A DNA stretch of 64,000 bases from the human T2T-CHM13v2.0 reference genome, Homo sapiens, in NCBI RefSeq assembly GCF_009914755.1, contig NC_060929.1, one strand, 5' to 3'. A program made the translations under genes and the position numbers. Within the stretch, counting starts at the first letter, position 1; every line of letters begins with the position of its first letter. The notes below the pieces were generated by a model, which was not told the DNA's origin, made no database searches, and saw nothing but the letters and a program-made list of their open reading frames with translations. Shown piece by piece: positions 38,481 to 54,067 of this stretch.

Positions 38481-40719
38481 AAAAACAATCCCCAAAAACA
38501 CTGGATCGTAGAAGTAGATTTTTAAAATTTGAATTCTTAGGGAAATTTACCAACAACATTAAATTAGTAGTGATTGTCAACATAAGATACCGCAAATTAA
38601 AATAAGCATTTTCATATGCATTCTCATTCCAATGACAGGATTGCTGATAGCTCTAATTAAGGTACTTAATAAAGCTCTGAAATTATACTAGCATGTGCCT
38701 AATAGCTGAATACTACCTTCTTCAATTAAAATTCTCACTTTCATCAAACTTTAACAAAGAATCATTCCATAGCCACTGCTTCTTATCTCTGGTAGCTGGA
38801 AAATGTCTCTTTGCAGCACTTCACAGGTAGTGAAACTGTATTCCTTCCCAGACTCTGAATAGCTGTCAGCACCAAGGAGGACAGCAGTTACTCTCTGAAC
38901 TCAGGCAGTCCTTCTCATGTGTATTCTCTTTTAGACTTGACAAACACTATTCATTCCAGGTATGACACACGCATGTTATGAGTTCCATCATATACACCCA
39001 TGTGCAGCAGACAGTAGTAAGGAAATGAATTTTAAAGATAGTTAAAGAGCAACTAAAGAGCAATCTGCCTCCATAATTATGGTCAATGTCCACCTCATCC
39101 TTTATTGATTATTAAGTCTCAAAGTCAGTAAGTTCTATAGAGGTACTACAGTAGTTTAACTGGAGGGACCTCAGATAAATATAGGCTCATAAAAAAGGTC
39201 CAAAACACAGTTCCATGAAATATTAAGTTCAGAAATGACCTCAAAATCCAGACTTTATAAACAGAGGAAACAAATATGAAAAATATTTGCCCATAATCAT
39301 ACACTGTTCTCATCACGAGACAAACCATATACACCTCAAGCCAGCCAAACAGGGCTCCTCCTGCTTCACTGGATTGCCTCTCAGAACCCTCCCCTGCACC
39401 ATGTCCATGGCCCTGCACTTGCCCACACCTCCATGACCCATGGAGAAAAAGGCAAGGTAAGTTCATTACTTAGACTATTTATCCAGTAACATTGGAAGAC
39501 ATTTTTGTGACAAAGGATTTCCACATCTAGTCTATTCCACTGATGGGCCTCATAGTGTATCTGGAAGAGTGTCCACATGGGCAACGTGAACTTCATTCAT
39601 AAATACTTAAGTGAACATGAGATTTTGCACAAATGCAAAGATATAAATTAGGATAGGCGGGCAGGAGAGAAGGGGAAAATGGAAAATGTTCATGACAAAG
39701 GAGTAGAGGAAAGGAAGGAAATACACAGTGTTCAAATATAGTACCAGAGTGAGAATATATAGCTTGCACTTTTCAAGGATTCTTTTTCTAACTATGAAAA
39801 TAATATGCAATCATTATAGAGAATTTTTTAAAATAAGAAGATAAAAATCAAATAAAAATCAAATATTATCCTACTTAATACTGTCTACTGCTAACAGCTT
39901 GTTTTGTTTCCCTTTTTTGTTTCTTTGAAAACGCAGACAAAATAATTTACAAATTGGTATATAGCTTTTCCACCTAATTTTATGTTGTAAACATTTTCCT
40001 CTATCACTCTACAAAATGGTATAAAAATAGTTTGTAGTAGATAGACTCACTAGGAAGGATGGAGAAGTAAGTCTCCTGAAATAACATTTTTTAAATCTGG
40101 CATCTAATCAGAAATAAAGCTAAGTTTTCCTCCATAATACACTAAAAATAACAGTTTTATGGAGTACTTAGATATTCTCCCTCTCACTTATTTTGTTACT
40201 ATTTAGGTGAAATGTAAAGTAATATTTCTTCATTCTGTATGGTGACCAGAAAAGGAACATACCGGCATCTCCCTAGTCTTAAGCATATGAAAGACGGTTA
40301 TTCAAATGGTTCCAATAAAGCTGTTATCTCTACATGGTGCCTCAATTTCCTTACCAAGAAATAAAGCCTTTTATTCTACAAGAAGAGTCAAAATGAAAAT
40401 AACCCTAAGGGGGAAAAATGATGCTATTTCACACTATGGTACAAATGACTGATAGCAGAGGCTTTTCTGAGGGCAGATGTGGACCAGAGACATGGTAAAC
40501 AAAATGTGATAAACTAAGTACCTCAAGAAAAGAGTAGACCTTCTCAAGGCACAAGAGTTACCTTTCTAAGGCACAGGTTTCTGTTGCAAACAGAAATCGA
40601 AGATACTAAAGACAAGTATGGAGTTAGACAAGCCAGTCCTCTTCTTTTCAAATAAAGCGTCACTAAAGCCTTCCCCAGAGGTCAGCTGCCACAGCGTAAG
40701 TGAATATTACAGGACTGGC

Positions 40720-41240
40720 CTGAAGGAGTTACAAGGAACCAGGGAAATCATCCAGCCCACTCACCTGTCCCAACCCAAACTCCTTAGCTCATCCAGTTTT
40801 AGGCATGTCTAAATCTCAAACATTTATTATTGAGTCAAAAGTTTTGTTTTCCTGACTGTCACCCTCTGATCTGAATTCCTTCCTCTAGAGCCAAAAGAAA
40901 ATCTACTCCCTGGAAGAAATGTCAATCTTTGAGACACTTAAAAGGAACTACCATATGTCCCCTTAGGCTTTTCTGCAAGCTACACATTTCTGGTTTCTCT
41001 CATTCCTTCTACTTTATGGTATCCCTCATCAGTTTTGTAATGTTAAATAACCTGCAGTTATCAATGAACTTCTTTTAACCAGTGTCCAGAACTGTACACA
41101 TTACCCAAGATGTTATCTGACCAACACAGAATTTAGTAGCAATTACTCTTGTGATATTGAAATTATATTTTCTTGTTTGTCCTCAATATGAGTTAGCTTT
41201 GTTCATGTGTCTCATATTAGTTTTACAGTCAGTCACTCTG
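40720..41240 (-). mobile_element. L3/CR1 LINE fragment
   Basis: tgtccccttaggcttttct...tgtccagaactgtacacattacccaagatgttatctgacca. Confidence 0.65.
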
Positions 41241-41304
41241 CCATCTACGTTGTTCCAGTTTTCTTAGGATCATCTAATTCTCAAGACATATTTCAAAATC
41301 TCTA

Positions 41305-41548
41305 CATCAATGCATACAACATAGATGAACGTCAAACATACGATGCTAACTGAAAGAAGCCAGACACAAAGGCTACATATTGTATGATTTTATCTATATG
41401 AAATATCCAGACTAGAAAAATCTATGGAGACAGTGGTGATGTTTGTACAGCATTGGAAATATACTAAAAACCACATAACTGTACACTTTAAAATGATTAA
41501 AAGATCAATTTCAAGTTCAGTGAATTCGATCTCAATTTTTTTAAAAAG
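41305..41548 (+). mobile_element. L1MB 3' fragment with an internal deletion
   Basis: gaaagaagccagacacaaaggctacatattgtatgatt...atatactaaaaaccac...gtacactttaaa. Confidence 0.85.
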
Positions 41549-41599
41549 TAAATGATAATGTGATGGGAAAAACAAGGATAAGGACATAAACTTTAACCA

Positions 41600-41877
41600 A
41601 GATATACTCACGAAATATAATATTATTCAGCCATGTAAAAGAATGAAGTATTCATACATGGTACAGTATGGATGAAACTTGAAAGCTAAGTGAAAAAAGC
41701 CAGGCATAAAAGGTCATGTAATAATTGATTGTATGTACATATCATTCTATGTAAATAAAATATCCATAGTAGGCACATTCATAGAGACTGAGCATAGATA
41801 AATCCCAGAGGATCAGGGAGGGTGGAGTTAGGAGTGACTGCTAATAGGTGCAGGGTTTCTTTTAGGGGTGTTGGAAA
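41600..41877 (+). mobile_element. Second L1MB 3' fragment
   Basis: tattattcagccatgtaaaagaatgaagta...ggagtgactgctaataggtgcagggtttctttt. Confidence 0.85.
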
Positions 41878-42134
41878 GGGCCGGTTCAGAAAGCTGGAGA
41901 AAAGCACATCTCTTTCTTCCTCTGTCCTCTAAAGCCTCACCTCGTAAGTTGAACCATAAATGTCTGCAGGGTACTGAACAAATCCTCAAACAATTTTTAC
42001 TACCTGTGAAAAGCTGGATTAAACAAGCCTAACAAAATAGCATTAACAAAATAATAATAATGCCAATTGCTAATTTATAAGTAACAAGTAATGATTAAGC
42101 TCTGAATATTAACAGAAAAGTCAGATTTTTATAT

Positions 42135-42205
42135 ATTCACTCCACAAGTACTTATTGAGTACCTGTTGAGTCAGGCATTTAGAGATAGTGCAGTGAATAA
42201 GTTAC
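42135..42205 (-). mobile_element. L2 tail
   Basis: attcactccacaagtacttattgagtacct...tgcagtgaataag. Confidence 0.6.
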
Positions 42206-44545
42206 AGCCTGTAAAATCTATTTTAATGATTTTATTTTTATACCTGTGTACTATTACAAAACCATGTTTTTATAGATGGGAACAAGAACAGACAAAGCTA
42301 ATAAAGTTGCTCATATCACATCAGATTCCAAGGTACCTGTTGCTGAAGTTTTCTAGGCAAACCTGCATAGTCACATAGTAGAGAAAATTTGATTAAATGA
42401 TCTTGACAAAGCGATCAAAACTTAGAGTATCATTTAGTCTAAATTCGTTTTATATTGGTTGTATATGCTACTCAACATTGTTATGTTGTTAGTATATAAG
42501 GCTAACAATTTTTGTATTGTGATCTTTTTACAAATGATATTTTTGGAAAAAGAATACTCCCCAAGTTAATCTTAAGGTTATTTCTAAAGTTAAAACTCTG
42601 TACAAGTAGAAAAAATTTTCCCTTTGATAAAATTAAAATTTTAAATGAATCATGTACCTAACAGTGGTTCCAGATGTATGTAATATCAGGAGATTTTAAA
42701 CTTTGAATCGATTTGCAGTGTTTTAAGTTCAAGCTCTTCTTTGTTAATTGGTCATTGTTCAAGATTATATGTGGAAGTCATAATAAGTTATAAGAATTTA
42801 TTTCCTTGTTGGCAAGGAAAGTTCAATAAGAGCATTATTTAATGATTGCAGGATGTAACTGCAAATAACTGTCCTAATTTTGACTTTCTAATTAATTACT
42901 TTCAGGATGGAAATAGACTAGGTATCATTCATAATAGCAGAAGAAACAGTGTTTTGTTTCTTTTTTTTAATTCATAATCATTTTGCTGTAAATATTTTTC
43001 TAAAATATGAGTGACTCATTATAAGACCTAGAAAATAATTTGCTGATCCTCAGTAAACATAAACATATATTTTGTGATATTTATTGAATTCGATCAATCC
43101 CAATAATTTGATTTTGAAGAGTTTGTATGTGTTTAAGCTTTTTCACAGTGCAACACATCAGATCTCTTGATTTCACCACACAACCACTAGGTACACTGTC
43201 CAAGTTGTGCTGACTTGGGAGTTAAAGCTTACTTTAGAGGAAGGAAGAGGGACTTTACATATCCCGAATAACTGCTACCATTTTCCAGTGGATTGGGCCA
43301 AACTATTCCATATAACTTATCATGAAAATGCTTTCTTTGACCTGAAATACACTACCAATAAGCCTTGATCAGATGTTACAGATAAAGATAAATTGTGACA
43401 TTTAACCACTTCTAGCCAATCAGGGGCTGTCTTGGTGAAAGTGAACTAGAAAGAATCAACTACCATCAACTAAGAGGTTTCTCTTGGTGGAAGAGGGATG
43501 GAAATGTCCTTACATAGCAGATAATTTTTTTTAAGCTTGACAAAGAACAGTGAGAACTGGTGCATGAAATTGTAGAAGCTAGTTTATTACTATGAAAATA
43601 TTAATTAACTTATATAAGCCAAGATAGAGTAATCAAGAACAAGCAGGATTTCTGTTGTATCTTTTCCACTAAAATTCTACACCTGACATTTGATTCCTAT
43701 CTAATTCAAAGGGTCAGTCACATTTGTGCAGGTTCATTAAGATTGTTAATATTTCTGAGTTCCCTAACCACTTACTTATCTCAGGCTTCCTAGTAAATAG
43801 TCTGCATGGAATACAAGGCAGAAAAATTGGCTCCAAGTGAATGGCCAGTCACTTAAAAGCACAGCCATCTTTTGGTCACCAATAACTCCTTACACAGAAA
43901 AAAAAAAGATAATTTCTGAGTTAACTAATTTGTTAATTCAATCAATTACAAATATTTCTTGGGAAAATACTTGGTGTCAAGCCAAATAAAAAGAAATATT
44001 CTCATACCTCAGACACATATTTATGAGGAAACTTAGCAATACAGACAATGACAAAACTAAGACCATATTGAATGGGAGCTAGAAAGAACTATTCCAATTT
44101 GATACTCATCCCACAGTATCACAAAGGAAGTGGTTAGGACTGTAATACACACTGACCAAAAAAAAACCTAAGAGTATAAAGGTTGAATTAGGCAAATATA
44201 ATATTTCAGGGTTTTTTACCAGTAAGTTGGGCACAGTAAGAGATGGAATTGAATGACAAACAGTAATACATGACATCAAATGGGTTGCAACTTCATGTTT
44301 CTGAGTGGACAGTGATCAACATAGCTGTGATTACTGGTCACAAGTTTCTACATTACTATAGGAGAAAATAAAATCTGGAACCTAGTAAACTGTTCACAGT
44401 TAAATCAAGGTTTTGGCTTTAGCTAGAGTGGTGATTTGAAAACCAAGTAATGTAGCAGAGCATGATGGTATCAAAATCCTAAAAAGCTGTGTTTCTGTTA
44501 ATACAGATTCAAAATACACAAAGCAAAAACCAATCAAAAATACAC

Positions 44546-44905
44546 TGATATGGTTTGGCTGTGTCCCCACCCAAATCTTATCTTGAATGTTAGCTCCCAT
44601 AATGCCCACGTCATGGGAGAGACCTGGTGGGAGGTAACTGAATTATGGGGGCGGGTCTTTCTCTTGCTTTTCTTATAAATGAATAAGTCTCATGAGATCT
44701 GATGGTTTTATAAAGAGGAGCTCCCCTGCACAAGTTCTCTTGCCTGCTGACATGTAAGACATGACATTGCTCTTCATTTGCCTTCTACCGTGATTGGGAG
44801 GCCTCCCCAGCCATGTGGAACTGTGAGTCAATTAAACTTCTTTGCTTTACAAATTACCCAGTCTCAGGTATGTCTTTATTAGCAGTGTGAGAACAGACTA
44901 ATACA
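44546..44905 (+). mobile_element. THE1 (THE1C-like) solo LTR inserted in an L1 fragment
   Basis: tgatatggtttggctgtgtccccacccaaatct...gaacagactaataca; TSD tacac/tccac. Confidence 0.96.
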
Positions 44906-47797
44906 TCCACCAAGGAATAACAGATATGTCCATAACTATATTGGACCTGTGAAACAATATATAGTAGTCCAACACATAAGTAACTGAAATATCAGAAAGA
45001 GAGGATATAGAGATTAATGCCAAAAAAAATTCAAATGGCTAAAATTGTCCAAATACTAAAAAAAACTTGAACACACAAGTCAAAAAAATTTAACAAGCCA
45101 TAAGAATAATAACTATAAAATGACTAAATCTAGGCAAATAATCATTAATTTTATAAAAACCATAGATATAGCCTAAGGAAAGGGGACTTCATGATGCTAA
45201 AGAAGTCATTTCCCAATGCTAAAAGGATGTGTTCAACACACAGCTTGAGAAAAAGAATGCTTTATAAACAGGGGACTAACCACAACATTTGACTTCTTAT
45301 CAGAAACAATGCAAGTCAAAGACAATGGAAGAAATATTCAAAGTGCTGGGAGGAAAAAAAATCTCTCAACTTCAAATTCTGTATCTAAGAATTAAAGGTT
45401 AAAATACCTTTAAAAAACAAAATCAAAATTAATGCATCTTCAGATAAACACAAGCTGGGAAAATTTCCCACAAAAAGAGCAGACCTGCACACAAAAAATC
45501 ATAAGGGAAGTTATTCAATTTGAAGAAAAACTCAGCAATGAGATGAAGAATGCAGAATGATTAAACTGTGGCAAATGTAAGATGCTTTTCCTCATTTTGT
45601 TGTTTCTTTACAAAATAATAGATAATTAAAAACCAAAATAAAAGTCATATGTTATGGGCTTTATAGGATATATAGAAGTAAATGTATGCCAACAACAGTA
45701 CAAAGGACAGAAGTCAAGTAAATAAAACTATAATATCATAAGTTTTTAATACATGGAATGATGTGATATTCAGGGTAGTATTTGATAAGTGTGCATATTG
45801 GATCCCTTAAAGGACCTGGTAAAAATAAAAATTCAAAAAGTTAAATTAAAAAGCCAATTCAGAGAATAGAAAACAGTACTTAAAAGCAGCCAGAAAGCCA
45901 GGAGAGGGGAATAAAAGGTAACAATGAGCAAACAGGACAAAGAGAAAATAAATACAGGACAGTAGGCTGAAACCTAACCATACTAAAATTTCAGTAGATA
46001 CACAGTAAAATTACAGTCAATGTGTGAAACCAATTATAAGTCAGAAATTGTCACAGCAGTTTTTAAAAGTAACCCAAACATATGCTGTTTATAAGTAAAT
46101 TACTTTAAATAAACAAGTACAGAGATGATGAAAATCAAAGAAAGGAAGAAGATATACCATATAGTCTGTAAGCATAAGAAAGCAGGAGAAGCTATGCTAA
46201 TATTAGGCAAATACACTTCAAGACATAAAATATTAACCAAGAGTAAAAGGGATTTTCATAATCATAAAAGAATATGTTCACCATAAAAGCAAAAACATTC
46301 TAATTACACTATTAAAAGAGCATGAAAATACGTGGAGCAAAAAACTCAAAAAACTAAAGAGAAAAACACATAAATACACAATTATAGTTAGAGACTTTAA
46401 TTCTGCCCTCATTAATTGATAGACTAAGTAGATAAAAAGTTAGTAAGAATATAATACTTGAAAAACATTATGAATCAATTTGACCTAATAGTTATGGAGG
46501 ACAGCATCTATTAATACATAATGCCCATTCTTTTCAAGTCTGCATAAATAATTCACCAACATAAATAGACCATAAGTTGGACCATAAAACAAGTCTCAAT
46601 ATTTTTAAAGAATTAAAATCACAGAGCATATTCTCTGACCTAGTAAGATTCAAATAGAAATTAGTAGCAAAAATACACCTGAAAATTGCCCAAATATTTA
46701 CAAATTAAGAAAAACACTCCTTAATAATCCATGGATCAAAGAAAAAATTCTCAAGATACATTACAAGGCATTTCCAAATGAATAATAATCTTTAAAAGAA
46801 AATCCGAGGGAAGATTATAGAAATTGTATAAAGATTTTATTGCTAAAAAAGATTTTAACTAAAACTTCCCACCTTAAGAAGCTATAAAAAGAAGAGAAAA
46901 TTCAATTCAGTAAGTAAAAGAAAATGAAGAAAATAATAAAGGTAATAGCTGATATCAAAATAGTGGACAAAGTTCAGAGAGAAAAATACATAAAAACAAT
47001 AGGTTGTCTTGAAATGATTAATAAAACTGATAAACCCCTAGCTAAACCAACATAAAAATAAAACACAAATTATCAATTATAGAAATAGTGAAGAGGTCAT
47101 CATGACAAATCTTATAGATATTAAAGATAAGAATATATTATGCACACATTTATTCCAATAGACTTGACAAATTAGAGGAAATGGATATGTTATTTGAAAG
47201 AAATAAATTATCAAAATAATAATTACCAAAACTGATACAAGAAGAAATAGAAACTCTGTATGTTCCTGTATTTTTTGTAGAAAATGCTTTTGGAATTAAA
47301 GCATTTCCACACAGAAAATGTGAAGGCACAATAAATTCTAGCAAACACTTGATGAAGAAATAATACCAATACCATCAACTTTTTTCAAAATACAGAAGCA
47401 GAAAAAGTATTTCACAACTAATCATCCTGACGCTAAAACCTGACAAGCATATTAGAGAACAAATAACATAGCCACAAAAAGTCTTAATAAAATATTAGCA
47501 AATAAGATTTGGCAACATATAAAAAGGATAACACCACATAACCAAATGGGGTTGATTCCAGAAGTACAAAGTGAGTTCAAAATATTTTTAAAAAATCAAT
47601 ACAACATACATATTATAAATTATATTGATTATAATTTATAATCTATATTAACAGAATGAAGAAAAAATATATATGCTTATCTCAATTGCTACAGAAACAT
47701 TATTTACAATATGCAACAATTAATGATTAAAAACTCTCAACAAGCTAGAAATGGAAGAAAACTTCTCAGTCAGATAAAGACATCTATGAAAAGTCTA

Positions 47798-48114
<317 letters not shown>

Positions 48115-49319
48115 ACAGTTAGCACCACAATTAGTGGTGAAATATTGAACGACTTCCTCCTAAGACTGAGAAAAGGCTAAGATGCTCACCCAAACTTCTC
48201 ATCTATTTGATAATTTACTGGAAGAATCTCACAGTGCAATAAAGTAAGAACCAGCAATAAAAGTATAAAGTTCAGAAAGCAAGAAATAAAATTCTTTTTA
48301 TTCACAGTCAATATGATTGCTTTACATAAAAAATTCTAAGTAAAATTTTTTAGATAAAAAACACTACAACTAATTAATTTAATACATCATCATACATGAT
48401 GTCAGTATTTTAAAAATAAATTCTAATTCTATATATTAGTAAGCATTGGAAAATACAATGTTTAAAATGTCCTTTTGAATAACTAAAAGCAAATCTATAC
48501 ACACATACCTTTAACAATAAATTCAGTGAAAGTTGTACAAGGCTTCACTATTATGTTTATAAAAACTATGCTGAAAAAAATAAAGACTAAAACAAATAAA
48601 GAAATATGCCATAAACAGAAATATTGGTATTGTTATGAAGACAATTCTTTCCCCAGCTGATCTGCAGATATGTTATCATCACGATCAGCATCCCAGCAGA
48701 CATTTTTACAAAATTGACAAGCTGTTTCTAAAATTTATTTGAAAATGCAAAGGATGTAAAGGGAAAATAATCAATCTTGGAAAAGAAGAACAAATTAGAG
48801 GATTTACAAAATGTAATTTAATGCTCTTAAAGCTCTAAAAACCAAATCAGTGTGGTGTTGGCCTAAGGATGGACAAACGGATAAAAGGAACTAAATAAAA
48901 ACTCTAGAAATATACCTGCTCTTGACCTAAGACAACTGTTTCAAAGCAATTTAATGAAAAAAGAAAGCTTTCCAACAAATAGTGTTGGGAAAAAGTGGAA
49001 GTGCTGGGAAAAAAAGTGCTGGGAAAAACTCACACCATTTATAAATTTGATTTAATAGACATTATAAGTAAAAAAACTAAAACTCTAATACCTCTGGAAA
49101 AAAAAAGGAAAATATTTTTATGACCTGGAATATGTAATGAATGTTTTTATACCAAGCACAGGAAACACACTATCCCTAAAAGTAAATAATTGATGAAATG
49201 GGTTTCACCAAAATTAAAAACTCCTGCTCATTAAAATAAACCACTACCAAAATGAATGGCAAGTCACAGATTGGGTAAAATATTTGTAAAACATTTATTT
49301 GTAAAAGAATCCTTATCTA

Positions 49320-49626
<307 letters not shown>

Positions 49627-52600
49627 AAAAGAACCCTAATCTAGAATATACAAAGAATGTCTACAACTTAATAATAATTAACAAAAACAAAAAAAGCAAA
49701 TTTAAAAATGGATAAAAGACCTTAAACTGAAACTTTACAAAGGGAGATTCACAAATATGCAGTAAGCAGTTAATAATTCTCAAAAATCATTGGGCAGCAG
49801 GGAAATGCAAATTAAATTCAGTAAGATGTCCCTATCTACTCAAAAGAATAGCTATCAAAATATTGAAAACCTTAAATTTTGGCAAGGATAAAGAGGAAAT
49901 TGAACTCTTATGCATTGTTGGTAAACATGAAAAATGGTACAACTACATTAGAAAACTCTATGGAAATTTCTTATAAAGTTGAAGAGTAAATATAAGTTTG
50001 GTCCAGCAATTTCACTCCTAGCTATGTACCCAAAAGAAATCGAGCTAATATCCACAGCCAAGACAGATATAACAGTGATCATAGCAGCTCTATTCATAAA
50101 AGCCAAAATCTTTTTGTAAACTGCCTATTCACAGACAAATTGTGGCATATTCAAACAACTATTACTCAACAATAAAAATGTACAAGCTGATATTTACAAC
50201 AACATGGATGAAACCAGACACAAAAGAGTATTACCACATAATTACATTTATATAAAATTTTAGGACAGCAAACTAAACTGGTAATAAAATCAAAACAGTG
50301 ATTGCCCATTTGGGTTGGGGAGGGGGATTGACTTGGAAGGAGACATAAGAATTTTCTTAGCTTATAAAAGTATTCTATACTTTGATAGAGAAGTGGCTAA
50401 CAGAGATGGCTGCATTTGCCAAAACTTACCATATTGTACACTTAAGATCTGTGTGTTTTGCTTTATGTCAAGTATGTTCCAATTAAAAATAAAAGGGGAA
50501 AATAAACTCTGATGAATATTAGAAACCTGATTTTAATGGCTCACATCTTCTAAACATATTTTAAACAAATTAGTAATTTTTTATTCTGCTGTTGTTTTTC
50601 CCTGCTATGACTATAAATGATCCTTCATCACCACTCAGTGATCTGCCTCTAAGACTGGAAATTACTAAGAAAATCTCTAAATTTTCTTAGTTCCCAAAGC
50701 CTAGGTTTGTTTCATTAAATATGGATAGAAACAAAGAAAGTATCACGTAAAACATTTGAATTTGGTTTTAGTCAAATATGGTCTAATACTAAACAGAAAG
50801 TTATTTCATCCTAATGCTAAGTTCAGTACAAAGAAAATAGATTTTAATAATTTAAAATATGACTTGTAAAAGGTTAACTTAAACATTGACTACATTTATT
50901 TGTCAATATATTTTGTTTCTCAAATACTCCTTCTTGTCATTATTTGCAAAACTTAGTAAATCGTGATTTCAAGTTCAACCATCTTTGGAACACAGACATG
51001 ACTCAGGTTAGCTTTGGAGGTTCTCCTTGATTATCTATTCAAAAAAAGCTAATTTTGACCTTCTATTTTATGGGCTTTCATTCCTAAAGTCAGAAACCTT
51101 TTTATTCATTCAATGGTAGTTTCTTTGTATTCCATATTCCAAGGTGTCTGAGGCTGGTGATGAGACCTTTTTAATATAAAACTAAGATTTCTCCACTGTA
51201 TAACAGGAACAAATTAGGGCATTCATCTAAAAAAAGCAAAGTACCTGAATAGTGCAATCTCTGATGAAGAATGGGCAAAAATGGCACTTGAGTCCTCTAA
51301 ATTAGAGCATTAGTTCTTCTCCTTTAGAAGGAAAAAAATCAGAAGAACATTAGACTAAACTAAATTGAACAGAAAAGCCAATAGTGAAGAATAAACTGGA
51401 AGGTGCTCAAATCAGGAGAGTGAAGGTGAATGCTGAGAACATAACAAGTTTCAAAGGTCGTATGCTTAACACCCAGGGATCTGAATCACATGACACACTA
51501 TATTCAGTCGAGTCCAATTTAAGCTTCACAGTTTCTCAAAATAGAAAAAACAGTGTTACCAATTCAGACTGCAGATGCCCAAGAAAAGCTGTTGATGTCA
51601 GATGTTAAAATGGGGCCAGGACCTTAAGCAAAATGAAATGAAAGAGTAAGAAAATTATCTGGATACTTCAGGTTAAAATGTGTGTTTTTATTAAAGAAAA
51701 TGTAGATTTTTTAGCTTATGAGTTTAAAAATGAATAGATTACAGGATTTGTGAGTCCCTTCTGATGGCTAGAATACATGTTTATCACCTCAAATATCAGA
51801 ATATTTCAAGCAAAGATGTTTGGGGCCTGGATATGCATATCACAATTTTTCAGTTAACTTTGCACATGTAGACACAATCTCAGTGGTGATTTGTATTTCA
51901 TTTGGGAACCGTTTTAGTTTGGTGGAAATGGCCCCAAGGAATACTCTCTGTGCAAACCCAAGACTATGACACATTTACAGAGCTGGGCTAGCAGTGAAAT
52001 ACAGAGGTTTGAGGGCCATATATTTTCTGTGTAACTAAGGAAAAAAAGAGCTATGATGCCAGATTTTGAATTTAAAATTAAAATATTCCTTGCTTTCTAC
52101 AATACCTTCAAAATGAGGTTTTAAGCATCAGATGGCTTAGTTAAATAGATAAGTAACAGAATTGTTTTTATCTGGCCTCTCTTTCATAATTCAGAGAATT
52201 ATGTAACTCTAATCCGTAACTACCATAGAAATATAAATATTATGATTATGTGTTTAATATAAATAATTTTATATTTAGAACAATTAAAATTCAGATTAAA
52301 TATGGAAAACACACAAAGTGAAGAAAAGAGACCCTTTAAATCTTTTTTTAACCAAGTGCACAGTAATCAGTACTTTTAAATGTATTTCTTTGTAAAGCCA
52401 GAAAATCAAATCATAATCAGGTTTTCTCTTAATAATATGACTAGGTTATTACATGTAGTTCAGAAAGAGGCAAGCGATATCTTTCGATTACCAAAGGAAA
52501 CTTCTTGAAGGCAGGAACCCAACTGTATTCCTCTTTTTCTCTCATAGCACCTTTCTCACAGGAACTGCTCAAGACATAGTATCCTATCTGGATTGAAGAC

Positions 52601-52629
52601 GGAGTATATATCCACACTAGCAGGAGAGG

Positions 52630-53105
<476 letters not shown>

Positions 53106-53859
53106 CCAGTGTGAGATTAAACTGGAAGCCTCTCAACAAGAAGAGACAGGTCTGTAAAATTCCAATTCAACATTGTAAGGGCTCTATAATTTCACCCTAC
53201 CTGAACTTTCCAGCATTATCTCCCTTAATTCAAACAAAATCCTTTGTGGAGTTCAGGCTGGTGTACTCAAGGTGGGCACAGTGGGTGTGGGCAGAAAGTA
53301 TGGCATTACCATCAATATACCGGGTTGGAATCATGGCTTATATTACAAAATAGTTTTGCAATTCTGACATCATTAGTAACATAGCTTGTTTCTACACACA
53401 TGGGCTTGGCTATGATTAATGACTAGGACAATATACCCTTCACTTAGCAGTTTAACTAGGAGAAAATGTCCTGGCTCTTACTGCAATGAAGACAACTAAT
53501 CTGAACTTGCCCTGTTGCCTGAAGTCCAGCCAACTGCTTACTCTCCCTCTACCTCACTTGTTCCTAATGTTAGAAGGTATAATTGTGTCAGTGCTTACTT
53601 TGCCACTGACCAAATCAAGTGATGACTTTCTAGTTTTGTTGGAACTATAAATTTAACTCAAATAAAGCACCTTGTTGATACTTACTAGTTCTATGGAGAC
53701 ATGTGTCACTTCAGCACTACAGCACCAACTTGTGATTCCCCAATATTTGACCATTACAATGTCTGGATGCCAGACTTAGAATGAGCAAGCAGTTGTGATA
53801 CAAGAAGCACTAACTGCTCCAGAGAACCCAAAAAATCCCTAAGGCAACAGCTGATACTT

Positions 53860-54067
53860 CATGTTGAACTAGACTGAAGTTAAGGCAAACCATGTATTTG
53901 AGTGAATAACCATTTGTGAGCCATATGCAGATATGCTTGGGCAAGGAAGTATTTGAACCTCCCTGAGATACAGTGAAATGGGAATAATGAAACCAATAGA
54001 GTTGTTTGGAATAAAGTGCCGGGCGTAGACATCAGAACATAGCAGGAAATCTGAGATTGTTAGCTCC
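53860..54067 (+). mobile_element. MIR fragment
   Basis: cttgggcaagg...aacctccctgag...gtgaaatgggaataatga. Confidence 0.55.
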
